Below, piece by piece: positions 10,190 through 21,896 of a stretch of DNA of 64,000 nucleotides. The position numbers and the translations under genes were made by a program. The DNA is from an uncultured Gammaproteobacteria bacterium (GTDB lineage: Bacteria; Patescibacteriota; Patescibacteriia; UBA11705; DATKZF01). How positions within the stretch are numbered: the stretch's first letter is position 1; each line of letters starts with the position of its first letter. The DNA lies in contig CAYPKD010000003.1 in the NCBI GenBank assembly GCA_964411255.1, positions 16,477-80,476 on the forward strand, read 5' to 3'. The notes beneath the pieces were generated by a model. It saw only the letters and a list, made by a program, of their open reading frames with translations, was not told where the DNA came from and searched no databases.

Positions 10190-10669
10190 ATGTTAAAAAT
10201 TCGATTAGCTAGAATTGGAAAAAAGCATCAGCCATTTTATCGCATTGCTGTTTTTGAATCTCATAAAGATCCTTTAGGAGACTATGTTGAAAAATTAGGA
10301 CACTATAATCCAAAGACAAAAGAAACAAAACTAAATAATGAAAGGATTAAATATTGGCTTGATCATGGAGCGCAGCCTTCTCTAACCATTCATAATTTAT
10401 TTGTTGAACATAAAATAATAGATGGAAAAAAAGTTCGGGTTTCAAGAATCAGTAAAAAGAGAGCAAAAAAAATAGAACAAAAGAAAAAGGTCGGAAAAAA
10501 AGAGGTTCAACCGGCTGAGCAAACCACAAAACCAAAAGCTAAATCTCAGAATAAACCTGAAAAAGATGAAACTAAGGAACAAGCTGAAGCCCCAAAACCA
10601 GAACCTAAAACTAAAAATAAAAAAGAAGAAAAACCAAAGGAAGAATCAAAACCTGAAGAAAAAAAATAA
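10190..10669 (+). CDS. rpsP: 30S ribosomal protein S16 with Lys/Glu-rich C-terminal extension
   Basis: MLKIRLARIGKKHQPFYRIAV..LGHYNP..WLDHGAQPS. Confidence 0.96.
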   Translation: MLKIRLARIGKKHQPFYRIAVFESHKDPLGDYVEKLGHYNPKTKETKLNNERIKYWLDHGAQPSLTIHNLFVEHKIIDGKKVRVSRISKKRAKKIEQKKKVGKKEVQPAEQTTKPKAKSQNKPEKDETKEQAEAPKPEPKTKNKKEEKPKEESKPEEKK

Positions 10670-10872
10670 ACATATACTAGCCGCAAAAATGCGGCTTTTT
10701 TTATTAAATAAAACGGCTTTCTTTTTTATCGCTGCGATAAGCCAGCTTGACAATATAAAAAATATTTGCTATAATGTTTTCAGATCCTCGAAAAAAGGAT
10801 TTTTCAGTAAAACAGACTGGTCTGGTCACCAGAAAGTATTTGCTGAATTGATTAAGAATGAAAAGAATTTCT

Positions 10873-11187
10873 ATGGCAGAAAAATTTGCTGACCAAGAAT
10901 TTGTTGAGTACATTGTTAAATCAATCGTTGCTCATCCAGAAGACGTAAAAGTTGACAGAACTGTCGACGAAATGGGTGTTTTACTTACCCTTAACATTAA
11001 TCCAGAAGACATGGGTTATGTAATTGGTAAACAAGGTAGAACAGCCAAGTCAATCCGAACATTGTTAAAAATTATCGGAGCAAAAAACAATGCTCGTGTT
11101 AACTTAAAGATCATTGAACCAGAAGGTTCAACTCGAGGCCCAAAAGCCGATGTTGACACAGACGTTGTTGACGACCTAAAGATCTAA
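10873..11187 (+). CDS. khpA: KH-domain RNA-binding protein (KhpA/UPF0109)
   Basis: DMGYVIGKQGRTAKSIR GxxG loop; position downstream of rpsP. Confidence 0.92.
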   Translation: MAEKFADQEFVEYIVKSIVAHPEDVKVDRTVDEMGVLLTLNINPEDMGYVIGKQGRTAKSIRTLLKIIGAKNNARVNLKIIEPEGSTRGPKADVDTDVVDDLKI

Positions 11188-11286
11188 ATTAATTTTTTAT
11201 AAATTAACAAAAGCCACACTAGATGTGGTTTTTGTTTTTTAAGCAAGAAAAAACGCTCGTTGAGCGTTTAGATAAGATATTAATCT

Positions 11287-11634
11287 TTAAATAAATTTGG
11301 TTAAAAGTTCAATAATTTTAATAATTTGATCACAAACTCTCTTGTTCTGTTCTTGTTGAACGTTTTCATTGCCTGAACGTATTACTATAAAACTTCTTTG
11401 AATTAATGCATCTGCATCAGAAAGAGCTTGAGTAAACTGTTCATCAGTAATCATTTTTGCAATCAATTCATATTCAGCATCACATTCAGGAAATTCTTCC
11501 AAAAAATATTCTTTATTCTCTCTTTCCACTTCCCTAAGCCAATCTACCACGGTTGCCCAATTATCTTGTTTATTAACTCCTAAATGATGTACAAAGAATT
11601 TTCTCAATATTTGCTTTTCCTCTTGATTGAACAT
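11287..11634 (-). CDS. Hypothetical protein
   Basis: 115-aa ORF with GGAGG RBS and TTGACA promoter upstream; no family recognised. Confidence 0.7.
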   Translation of the reverse strand: MFNQEEKQILRKFFVHHLGVNKQDNWATVVDWLREVERENKEYFLEEFPECDAEYELIAKMITDEQFTQALSDADALIQRSFIVIRSGNENVQQEQNKRVCDQIIKIIELLTKFI

Positions 11635-11719
11635 GTTCTCCCTCCTCTTTTTTGCTAATAATTATTTTTATCAAGATATATGAATTATGTCAATATGAAA
11701 AAAAACACTCGTTGAGCGT

Positions 11720-12076
11720 TTAATTATGCTGAAGAATTGATGATGAAATATTCATTAAAAAATAGAGCTGTTGAACTAGACAAAATTCTTGCTCATCTTC
11801 GATTTCATCCAAGCGACGGCCTTTAATTTTTTTCAATTCTTTCTTTTCCTCATCAGAAAGCTGATATTTATCTGGCATTATAAATTTATGAGGATTCCAG
11901 TTATGAAACTTTGCAAGTTCAACAATTTTATCCAAACCTATAATATCTATCTTCTTGGCTAAAAGATGTAAATTTCCTGGCATTAACTCCATATTAATTA
12001 TGTCTTCTGGGATAAGAGCTAAAAAGTCCTGTTGAAACATAGAATCTTGTTCAGCAATCTGTCTTACAGTTGTCAT
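11720..12076 (-). CDS. Hypothetical protein
   Basis: ORF with GGAGG RBS before ATG 12076; no family recognised. Confidence 0.7.
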   Translation of the reverse strand: MTTVRQIAEQDSMFQQDFLALIPEDIINMELMPGNLHLLAKKIDIIGLDKIVELAKFHNWNPHKFIMPDKYQLSDEEKKELKKIKGRRLDEIEDEQEFCLVQQLYFLMNISSSILQHN

Positions 12077-12162
12077 GCTATGGCCCTCCCTTGTTAAAAA
12101 GATCATAATAATTTATCAAAAACACAAAACTTTGTCAAACATGCTATAATTTAATTACTAAT

Positions 12163-12813
12163 ATGCAATACGATATCCTAACAATCTTCCCAAACATTTT
12201 CGACTCTTATATCAATGAGAGTATTTTAGGACGGGCGCAAAAAAGCAAAAAAATAAAAATTAAGGTTCATGACATTAGAAAAAATGCTACAGACAAACAT
12301 AAAACAGTTGATGATAAACCTTATGGCGGCGGGCCAGGCATGGTTATGATGGTTGAACCAATTTACAAAACTTTGAAAAAAATTAAACGCAAAGAAAATT
12401 CTAAAGTTGTTTTATTATCAGCCAAAGGCAAAACCTGGACTCAGCAAAAAGCGCAGCGCTATAAAAATTTAGACCAATTAATTTTAATCTGCGGTCATTA
12501 TGAAGGAGTTGATGAAAGAGTAAATAATTTTATAGATGAAGAAATTTCAATTGGAGATTATGTTTTAACTGGCGGCGAGCTGGGCGCTTTAGTTTTACTT
12601 GATTCAACAGCCAGATTAATTCCAGGCGTTTTGGGAAAAGAAGCGTCTTTAAAAGAAGAATCTCATTCAAAAAAGGGTTATTTAGAATATCCTCAATATA
12701 CTCGACCTGAAATTTTTAAGATTGTAAAAAAACAATATAAAGTGCCAGAAATTCTTTTATCAGGCCATCATGCAAAAATTGAAGAGTGGAGACAAAAAAA
12801 TTCAAAAAAATAA
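12163..12813 (+). CDS. trmD: tRNA (guanine-N1)-methyltransferase
   Basis: VDDKPYGGGPGMV, CGHYEGVDER, SIGDYVLTGGE, YPQYTRP motifs. Confidence 0.98.
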   Translation: MQYDILTIFPNIFDSYINESILGRAQKSKKIKIKVHDIRKNATDKHKTVDDKPYGGGPGMVMMVEPIYKTLKKIKRKENSKVVLLSAKGKTWTQQKAQRYKNLDQLILICGHYEGVDERVNNFIDEEISIGDYVLTGGELGALVLLDSTARLIPGVLGKEASLKEESHSKKGYLEYPQYTRPEIFKIVKKQYKVPEILLSGHHAKIEEWRQKNSKK

Positions 12814-12887
12814 ATTCTTGACTTATTAATGTTGTTCTGTTAAATTAATTATCTATAAATCCCAACATCAGCCCAAAGGAGGCTCAA

Positions 12888-13307
12888 GTGGGCTTATTTG
12901 ATAAAAAAACAATGAGCATTAAGGATTTCATTTCCGAAAGAGTGAGACTGGCACTTGTATGGGAAAAAGGAAAGAAATTAATAGAAATTTCTGAACTTAA
13001 AAAAATTCTGAATAATTTACGAAAAACTGCTAGGGCTGAAGAATGTATAATCCGTATCAGAAATCGTGATTTTCCTGAATTTCAGATTGATGTTTTTCCG
13101 CATGAAAATCCCCACCTTCATTGTTGTGATCCGAGAACACAATATGTTGGTGAAATACACTTGGAAGAATTACGTAAAACCGATGGAATTTCAGTTAAAA
13201 ACTTTAAAGACAAAGAAAAACATTGGCGAAAAATCAACACTGTAAGAAAAATATTATCAGATAAACAAGGAATGCACATTGAAATTGTAAGAGAACCAGG
13301 AATTTAA
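12888..13307 (+). CDS. Hypothetical protein
   Basis: GTG start after AGGAGG; contains HENPHLH; no family confidently recognised. Confidence 0.65.
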   Translation: MGLFDKKTMSIKDFISERVRLALVWEKGKKLIEISELKKILNNLRKTARAEECIIRIRNRDFPEFQIDVFPHENPHLHCCDPRTQYVGEIHLEELRKTDGISVKNFKDKEKHWRKINTVRKILSDKQGMHIEIVREPGI

Positions 13308-13384
13308 TAAAGCATCCTAAAATGGCTGCTTTTTTTTAATAAATTAACCCACAATTAGTCCACATATATGAGGGGGAAAAATAT

Positions 13385-13413
13385 TTGACATACTTTTAAA
13401 AATGCGATATAAT
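13385..13413 (+). promoter_or_regulatory. Sigma70 promoter of 16S rRNA
   Basis: TTGACA-N17-TATAAT perfect consensus. Confidence 0.85.
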
Positions 13414-13516
13414 CTTTACCACATTGAACATTTACATTAGAAATTTGATAGAAAGAAGTCTATTGTTTACATTTACAGAGTTTTTGACCATCTCTTTCTA
13501 AAATGGTCTACTACTT

Positions 13517-15014
<1,498 letters not shown>

Positions 15015-15275
15015 TCTTGGAGATTTGAATCATTCACGTGAGAATGATTCCATTTGGTCGAGTCCTGATTTCATCAGGACAAGGCTCTTTCTATCAATTT
15101 TCTGTTGTAAATAAAAAGAACAGCTAACAGGCTGTTTTTTTATATCATAAAACTCTTCGCATCAACTATTGACAAAAACTCTAATAATAATTAATCTAAA
15201 GAGTCCTCCATTAGGAGGCATGTACCTCACAAGTCTGCAGTCGAGCCGAATAGGCACAACCTGAAAGGGGGGGAA

Positions 15276-15980
15276 ATGACTGCACTACAGTCTCAAGTAA
15301 CCTTGCAAAAGGCATACGTAGGCACTTTAAGACGAAAAAGAACAGCTGCAATAGAGAAACAAAAAGACGCTCATGTTGTAATCGAGCAAACTAGACAAGC
15401 TGTAATTCATAACTCATTAAGGAAAAGAATTGTCTTTCAAACAGTCCTACAACAGATTAAAACAGCTGTTAAATATAAAAAGGATAAGAAAATCAATAGC
15501 AGACAACAAAGAATTCAATCCCTAATTGAAAAAATTAAGAAATCGGTTTTATCTACGTTAAAACTTATGAAAGAAAAAACTATCGAGCGGATAAGTATTG
15601 CTGAGTTTGGTGAATACGGATATCCATTTTACATACCATCAAACAGTGAAGTTACATGGAGAAGGAGAAAAAGTAATCCAGAAGATAGAATTGATTCAGA
15701 AGGTCTAATTAAATGTTGCGATAATGATGTTCGTTCATGGACTTTGTTAAAAAATATTGATAAACGAAAGTTGGATGGTGGGTTTGGTGAACCTGACACT
15801 ATATTCTTTATATATGATATTCCTGAAAATAAAATTCTACAAGGAGAAGCACTAAAGCTCTTCAATTGGTTGAAAATCCAAGGATTAAATCCAAGGATTG
15901 AGGCGATCGTTTATCATATGTATGCAGGGGGAGTGACTTTACGCCTAGTCGAAATTACTATTGGCATCCCAAAAAAATAG
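15276..15980 (+). CDS. Hypothetical protein
   Basis: 234-aa ORF, basic coiled-coil N-terminus; no family recognised. Confidence 0.65.
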   Translation: MTALQSQVTLQKAYVGTLRRKRTAAIEKQKDAHVVIEQTRQAVIHNSLRKRIVFQTVLQQIKTAVKYKKDKKINSRQQRIQSLIEKIKKSVLSTLKLMKEKTIERISIAEFGEYGYPFYIPSNSEVTWRRRKSNPEDRIDSEGLIKCCDNDVRSWTLLKNIDKRKLDGGFGEPDTIFFIYDIPENKILQGEALKLFNWLKIQGLNPRIEAIVYHMYAGGVTLRLVEITIGIPKK

Positions 15981-16183
15981 TTTCTGACCGGTTATAATTT
16001 CATATAGTATAATCGGTTTTTTTATTTTAGATTTCCTAAAATCAGCCAAAGGGCTGTTTTTTGTTAAATCATTGACATACTTACTAAAATTTGTTAAATT
16101 ATATTAACTGCTTTTTTACCCGATCCCTATAGCGGAATGCTGGGATCATTTTCTCGCGGAATGCGGAAAAGGGAAAACAGGAC

Positions 16184-17128
16184 ATGCAATGGCAAAACGA
16201 AGAAAGAATTAATCAGTTCATTGAAAAATTTCCTGCTTTAAAAATATGTCTTGATAGAGACAAAAAAAATACCAGAATAAACATAAAAGTGGAACGCGTA
16301 GATCAAGCACTTTTGTTTTCACATGGCGATGGCGTACTTAGATCAAATGGCGGTTTCATGTATTATGATGGCCCGACGGGCAAATTTGCTTGTGAATACG
16401 TATCAGCAATTAATATCTGTCGCAAAGACGGAAATCTTGCTGACATTCTTGTTACAAAAAAACGAGGGCCTGTACTAAGAATTCTTGAAATGCTTGATCT
16501 TAATGATGTTGCTTATATTATTAAGGTGGAAAAACATGCATTTTACGAATATACAGAAGAAGGCGATCATTATGGTCCGTACTCTAGTACGGAAATCAGA
16601 GTAACCATTTACCGTCTGCCAAAGGGTAAAAACGGTCTTCAGAAATTAATGGAAAAAGCCAGTATGTGCAATGCAGAAGTTAGACTGATAAGCAGAAACC
16701 TCCTGCAAGGAACACTAAATAGGGATCCGCTTTATGCAAAGGCCAATGACCAACTGTCACTATTAGCAGATCGCTTTGCAGCCAATGTCTATGCTTCTGG
16801 TCTTAGAGAAGTGGTCGACAAGTCTGAAACAGGAAGAATGTCTGGTAAATTTGATGAGGTTACATTATTAGCTTATGAAAGTGCTGACCGCATGCTATTC
16901 ACACTAAGAGATGATAATAACTACATTACTTTCATTGCTGATGCCACGTCAAAATGGGTAAACCTAGGCATTCAGGGTATTGATGCCACATATAAAGGAG
17001 CGAAACATTTAGTTGACACTGTTACAAGTATTTGGAGAATCCACATTCATCATGATTGCCTGATGGATGATTCAAACCTTGGATCAATGCTTTCTGAAGA
17101 TCCACATGTAAATTACTGCGGATTCTAA
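16184..17128 (+). CDS. Hypothetical protein
   Basis: 314-aa ORF with own TTGACA promoter and terminator. Confidence 0.75.
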   Translation: MQWQNEERINQFIEKFPALKICLDRDKKNTRINIKVERVDQALLFSHGDGVLRSNGGFMYYDGPTGKFACEYVSAINICRKDGNLADILVTKKRGPVLRILEMLDLNDVAYIIKVEKHAFYEYTEEGDHYGPYSSTEIRVTIYRLPKGKNGLQKLMEKASMCNAEVRLISRNLLQGTLNRDPLYAKANDQLSLLADRFAANVYASGLREVVDKSETGRMSGKFDEVTLLAYESADRMLFTLRDDNNYITFIADATSKWVNLGIQGIDATYKGAKHLVDTVTSIWRIHIHHDCLMDDSNLGSMLSEDPHVNYCGF

Positions 17129-17172
17129 AAAAAATAAGCTGGATACAATATCCGGCTTTTTTATATTAAACA

Positions 17173-17201
17173 TTGACTAATTCTACTACATTTGCTATAA
17201 T
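17173..17201 (+). promoter_or_regulatory. Sigma70 promoter of tRNA cluster
   Basis: TTGACT-N17-TATAAT. Confidence 0.75.
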
Positions 17202-17259
17202 ATCTATTGAAGTTTTTGTATTTTTTTGATAAACTATATCCATACTTTTCTTAATTTTT

Positions 17260-17336
<77 letters not shown>

Positions 17337-17419
17337 GCCTTCGCTCCTTCGGAGCTTCGGCTGGCAGGCCATATCAGGGCCTGTCCGCCGAAGCTGTGAA
17401 CAGAGTGAACAGCGTAGGC

Positions 17420-17496
17420 GGGCGTGTAGCTCAGTTGGTTAGAGCGCAGCACTGATAATGCTGAGGTCACAGGTTCGATTCCTGTCACGCCCACCA
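17420..17496 (+). tRNA. tRNA-Ile(GAT)
   Basis: Anticodon arm CAGCA-CTGATAA-TGCTG, CCA end. Confidence 0.97.
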
Positions 17497-17562
17497 TCCT
17501 TCGCTAAAGCTACGGATGGCAGGCCATAATAAGCCTGCCCGACGAAGCCTTGGCGAAGTCAG

Positions 17563-17637
17563 GCCAGGTTAGCTCAGTGGTAGAGCGAAGGACTGAAAAT
17601 CCTTGCGTCCCCAGTTCAATTCTGGGACCTGGCACCA
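17563..17637 (+). tRNA. tRNA-Phe(GAA)
   Basis: Anticodon arm AAGGA-CTGAAAA-TCCTT, CCA end. Confidence 0.97.
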
Positions 17638-17644
17638 CTAAAAT

Positions 17645-17721
17645 CGGGGTGTGGCCCAGTTGGCTAGGGCGCGCGCTTTGGGAGCGTGAGGTCGTGGGTT
17701 CGAGTCCCACCACCCCGACCA
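17645..17721 (+). tRNA. tRNA-Pro(TGG)
   Basis: Anticodon arm CGCGC-TTTGGGA-GCGTG, CCA end. Confidence 0.97.
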
Positions 17722-17758
17722 GCCTTCGTTCCTTCGGAACTTCGGCTGGCAAGCCAGC

Positions 17759-17815
17759 GAAAAATATCTTAAGTCTAGATCAGGAAGAGCTTTTGCTAAG
17801 AAAAGATTTGTTTAA
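17759..17815 (+). pseudogene. C-terminal remnant of a GIY-YIG nuclease
   Basis: Translates EKYLKSRSGRAFAKKRFV*, resembling the EKYLKSGSGRAF.KK C-terminus of small GIY-YIG proteins; no start codon or N-terminal part. Confidence 0.6.
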
Positions 17816-17872
17816 TATCAAAAATAGCTTGGCGGGCCTGCCCGCCGGAGCTTGAACGAAGTGAAAGCGTAG

Positions 17873-17947
17873 GCGGGTATAGTATAATGGCTATTATGTC
17901 AGCCTTCCAAGCTGAAAATACGGGTTCGATTCCCGTTACCCGCTCCA
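17873..17947 (+). tRNA. tRNA-Gly(TCC)
   Basis: Anticodon arm TCAGC-CTTCCAA-GCTGA, CCA end. Confidence 0.97.
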
Positions 17948-18168
17948 GGAAAAATCCTTCAACGAAAGTTGGAGGATTTTTCTTTTACGGGAATCGAACC
18001 CGTATAAATCGATTCCCGCCTGCCCTGAGCTTGTCGAAGGGTTACCCGCTCCATGAAAAAACAGACCCTAAAGGTCTGTTTTTTACTTATATTAAATTAT
18101 ATTTTAATTCAAACTTTTTTACCCTTCAACTTTTCTTACACTGATTTGTTTCGCTTCATGCATTTTTT

Positions 18169-18930
18169 TTATCCTTCAAATATAATTTTAAATACGAACA
18201 TAAACCCAATCCCTAATAGGAAAAATAAAAATGCCAAAAGTGATTTGGCTATTTTTGATTCTCTATTTAATTCTGGAATCAAATCAGAGGCGGCAATATA
18301 AATAAATCCTCCAGCAGTGATTGCTAATAAAGATGGAATAATGCCTTCAATGCTTCTAAATAATAATATTCCAACTATTGCACCAATAATTGCAATAATT
18401 GCTGACAAAAAATTAAATATTAATGCTTTCTTTTTTGTAAAGCCTCCATAAACCAAAACACCAAAATCACTAATCTCCTGCGGTAGCTCATGAGCAATGA
18501 CTGCGATAGTGGTTACCACGCCTAAATTAATATTAACTGCAAAAGCCGCGGCAATTACCAAACCATCAATAAAATTATGAAATCCATCACCAATCAAATT
18601 CATATAAGATAAAGTTGTTTTATCTTTTAATTTTCTGCATTTTCCTTTGCATTTATGGTCATGATGCCAATGAAAAACTCTTTCGATAATAAAAAAGATT
18701 GTAAATCCAGCTAAAACCCAGATTACAATATTAAAAGTAGTGGATTCTTCAATCGCTTCTGGGATTAAATGGAGCAAAGCGCCTCCCAAAAGCGAACCAG
18801 CAGAAAATCCCACTAATAAAAGTAAAATTTTCTCTAATAATTTATCTTTTATCAATAAAGCAATAATTCCAATAAATGATAAAACGCTCACAATTATTGT
18901 TGCGCCAATTGTCCATAAAACTATTTCCAT
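18169..18930 (-). CDS. ZIP family metal (zinc) transporter
   Basis: LHLIPEA, His-rich loop HWHHDH, GDGFHNFIDG, AHELPQEISDFG. Confidence 0.95.
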   Translation of the reverse strand: MEIVLWTIGATIIVSVLSFIGIIALLIKDKLLEKILLLLVGFSAGSLLGGALLHLIPEAIEESTTFNIVIWVLAGFTIFFIIERVFHWHHDHKCKGKCRKLKDKTTLSYMNLIGDGFHNFIDGLVIAAAFAVNINLGVVTTIAVIAHELPQEISDFGVLVYGGFTKKKALIFNFLSAIIAIIGAIVGILLFRSIEGIIPSLLAITAGGFIYIAASDLIPELNRESKIAKSLLAFLFFLLGIGFMFVFKIIFEG

Positions 18931-19111
18931 ATGTTTTTATTATATCACAAGTACTTTTTTTTCGCTCCCTTCTAACGAAATGCTTCAGCTCAAAGCTTTA
19001 CAAGCTCGTTGATGGATAAAGGTTGTTTTTTTTAATTGACAAATACGTTTTTTTTTAATAAACTTTCATAATGTGTTCTTTTCACACCCGCTTGGAAAGG
19101 GGGGTTCGGAA

Positions 19112-20368
19112 ATGGAATCTTTTAATTCATTAATTGTGGATGAAGCAAAAAACTGGGACACAATTCAAAGCATTCGTCAAGAATTTAAACCTGAACTTTT
19201 TGATCAAATAAAAATTTCTTCCAGAGATGAAGCTTTAGAAAGGGGTGTAAACAGCGTCAAGCAAGTTCTTGAAATTTTAAATTTAGCAGGCCTAGATTTA
19301 AAAAGAATTGAGCCTGGCCATGGAAAAGGCCATATTATTAGAGACTATATCAATTCGCTGCGACTGCTGACAAAACTTGATATTGATCCAAAACATGCTT
19401 TTATCGGCCTGATTGCCGGAACATTGCATGATATTGGCGTGGCCATTGTTGATCGATATCAGGAAAAAAACAGAGCTGTCCGTCATGCTGAAGCTAGCGC
19501 ATTACTGGTTGGCTGGGCAATTGAAGATGCGCAGCTTGATTTTACACCTGAAGAAAAACTTTTAGTTCAATATGCTATTTGCGCCCACACGCACTATCTG
19601 GGTTCTTCTCAGGTTGAATGCGCTGATGGTGTGACCAGAAAAATTGAACCCTATGTTGATGAAGTAGATGGCAAACCTATTTATGGTTTATGGCTGGCCC
19701 GCTGGATTGACCGCCTGGACTGCAGCGGCCCGTGCTTTGTCTGTAGGCATTACCTTACTTTGTACCGACCTCATACTGATTATGGTCAAAACGGCTATTA
19801 TGAAATTGAATTCAAAGATCACATGCAGCCAATGCTCCGGCCAGAGGAAATGATCAGAGCTGAAAAGCTTAACCGTACGATGGCAGAACATCTTCGCATG
19901 TTTGCCAACAGTCAGACAAATGATTCACCGTATGGCAAACATGATTTTGGACGAATGGTTGAGCTTCGTGATTTTAATCGTGCCAGTTTAGCAAGGATTA
20001 TTCAAACTTTGATGATTCCCGAAAAACAAATGCCTTTGAAAAGAGTAAATCATGTTTTTCAGGGCTGGCAGCTTTTGCTCCACAATGAAATTGAATCAGG
20101 GGCTGACAAAGCTATATCCCAGCTTACTGATATGTTTTTCGATCAATTATCTGAAGAAGTGCAATTCCATTGGGCAGAAGCATTTGATAAAACAATGAGT
20201 GAATATTTGAAATGGCTGGACTCTGTCCTACATGATTTTAAAAAATTCCCTGAAAGTTGGCAGTATTTAGAACGAAAACAAAATGCCTTAGCATATGTAG
20301 GATTTGTAGATGAATGGGCAGCTCATCTTTTCGCAGATGATTTCCCAAGATTTTATCCAAAAGCATAA
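19112..20368 (+). CDS. HD-superfamily phosphohydrolase-like protein
   Basis: H(GKGH)..LHDIG..RHAE..CAHTH..IDRLD metal-binding pattern; start at ATG 19112 after GAAAGGGGGG. Confidence 0.8.
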   Translation: MESFNSLIVDEAKNWDTIQSIRQEFKPELFDQIKISSRDEALERGVNSVKQVLEILNLAGLDLKRIEPGHGKGHIIRDYINSLRLLTKLDIDPKHAFIGLIAGTLHDIGVAIVDRYQEKNRAVRHAEASALLVGWAIEDAQLDFTPEEKLLVQYAICAHTHYLGSSQVECADGVTRKIEPYVDEVDGKPIYGLWLARWIDRLDCSGPCFVCRHYLTLYRPHTDYGQNGYYEIEFKDHMQPMLRPEEMIRAEKLNRTMAEHLRMFANSQTNDSPYGKHDFGRMVELRDFNRASLARIIQTLMIPEKQMPLKRVNHVFQGWQLLLHNEIESGADKAISQLTDMFFDQLSEEVQFHWAEAFDKTMSEYLKWLDSVLHDFKKFPESWQYLERKQNALAYVGFVDEWAAHLFADDFPRFYPKA

Positions 20369-20428
20369 TTAAAACAATCAAGCTTCATAAGCTTGGTTTT
20401 TTAAAAAAATTAAAATCTCCTTTCTTGG

Positions 20429-20568
20429 ATAGCATCGAGGGTCTGGGGGGCTGATTGCCCCCGGCGCGATAACAGAACTCAATCGTTGCTTCGCATTTGA
20501 AGCCCCCCAGCACTTTTTGGTTACTTTTTGGTGCCAAAAAGTAACTTGACGCAAGCCAACATTGAAAA
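20429..20568. repeat. ~140-bp MITE/REP-like element, copy 1
   Basis: ATAGCATCG..GTCTGGGGGGCT..AGCCCCCCAG..TACTTTTTGG..CAAAAAGTA..ATTGAAAA; direct repeat of 23869-24008. Confidence 0.85.
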
Positions 20569-20664
20569 GGGTAAAGCAGGCTTTGGCCTGTATTGGTAAA
20601 GATGATATCTAAATTTATATGAAGGCTTTTTTAAAATTAAAAAGAGCACAATTTGATCATGCTC

Positions 20665-21219
20665 TTAAATATAAAATATAGATTCATTAACCGCTTCTAC
20701 AATATCATTAATCTGGGCCATGGCCCCAACCCCTTCATCTCCGCAAGCTAACATTTTTGCCACTGGATGAACCAAATTAAATCCTGTTTCATAAATAGCT
20801 GTTAAAATATCAATTTGTCTTGTAGTTAAAGGATGCTTCCACATTTCAGTATTCATTGCTGGCGCAACAACTATTGGTTTTGACAAACTCCAGGCTCTGG
20901 CAATGCAGGTTAATAAATTATCACTCAAGCCATTTGCCATTTTTGCCAAAGTATTGGCTGTTAATGGCGCAATCAGCAGAACATCTGCCCATTTACTTAA
21001 TTCGATATGCTGAATATCCTCACCTTTTTGATAACTAACATTTGGCCATTCTTCAGCTTCTGTATATACTTGTACACCCAAGCATTTTTTACTGAAAAAA
21101 TATTGCGATTGCGGAGTAACAACCACTCTCACTTCATGTTCAGCATTATGCAATGCTTGTACAAGCTTTTTAGATAAAGTGGCAGCCACACTGCCAGTAA
21201 TTCCCAGCAGAACTTTCAT
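20665..21219 (-). CDS. coaC: Phosphopantothenoylcysteine decarboxylase-like flavoprotein (HFCD family)
   Basis: LLGITGSVAA, HIELSKWAD..APLTANTLAK, APAMNTEMW, LACGDEGVGAM. Confidence 0.9.
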   Translation of the reverse strand: MKVLLGITGSVAATLSKKLVQALHNAEHEVRVVVTPQSQYFFSKKCLGVQVYTEAEEWPNVSYQKGEDIQHIELSKWADVLLIAPLTANTLAKMANGLSDNLLTCIARAWSLSKPIVVAPAMNTEMWKHPLTTRQIDILTAIYETGFNLVHPVAKMLACGDEGVGAMAQINDIVEAVNESIFYI

Positions 21220-21896
21220 TCTAAGGCCTTCTTTGCAAAATTATACAAACATATACCAATTTCCGTACGATGAACATGAAGAGGTTCAGGATCTTCAGTA
21301 ATAATATATGCATACTTATATGCCCATTCCAGGCAATTAGCGACAATAATGTTTGCATCAGATGTCTGTCTGCTTTTATGAGCTATTTCAAGTAACTGCT
21401 CATCTGACATTTGTACTTGCAATTTGAACTTTACCAGTACTCCAGAAAATCCCCAGGGATCTCTGATCTTGTCAATAATCTTAAATGTGGGAACCATTTC
21501 CAAATATACTTTATCATGACTTGACGAAACTTTTGAAGATGCATCAATTGGAACAATTTTCCCATCTTCATCTATAACGCATACCTGAGAAACCTGATAA
21601 TCGCTTACTGCAGCTGAATGAATTACAACATCATAATCTCCTTCTGTAATTTCTTTTTCCATTAATGCAGCTAATTCATCAAATGTTCTAAATCTTTCAA
21701 CCCAAATTCCACTCAAAGCCTGGACCAAAGAAGGTTCAGAAGTTATCAATGTAACTTCACAACCTTGGCTACTAAAATATTGAGCAATATTTGTTCCAGT
21801 CCTACCTCTAAAAATATTGGTAATAGCTCTTACCTGATCAATCATTACTCTGGTCGAACCTGCTGTCACCAAAACTCTCATGATGCCTCCTTTCAT
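21216..21896 (-). CDS. coaB: Phosphopantothenate--cysteine ligase-like protein
   Basis: VLVTAGST..IDQVRAITN..G.TG, HSAAVSDY, LVKFKL, IIVAN. Confidence 0.88.
   Translation of the reverse strand: MKGGIMRVLVTAGSTRVMIDQVRAITNIFRGRTGTNIAQYFSSQGCEVTLITSEPSLVQALSGIWVERFRTFDELAALMEKEITEGDYDVVIHSAAVSDYQVSQVCVIDEDGKIVPIDASSKVSSSHDKVYLEMVPTFKIIDKIRDPWGFSGVLVKFKLQVQMSDEQLLEIAHKSRQTSDANIIVANCLEWAYKYAYIITEDPEPLHVHRTEIGICLYNFAKKALE

Noticed and set aside
20665-21219. LanD/EpiD-type RiPP decarboxylase
   Set aside because: Overlaps a CoaB-like gene, has the CoaC-type LACGDEGVG motif, and no precursor peptide is adjacent
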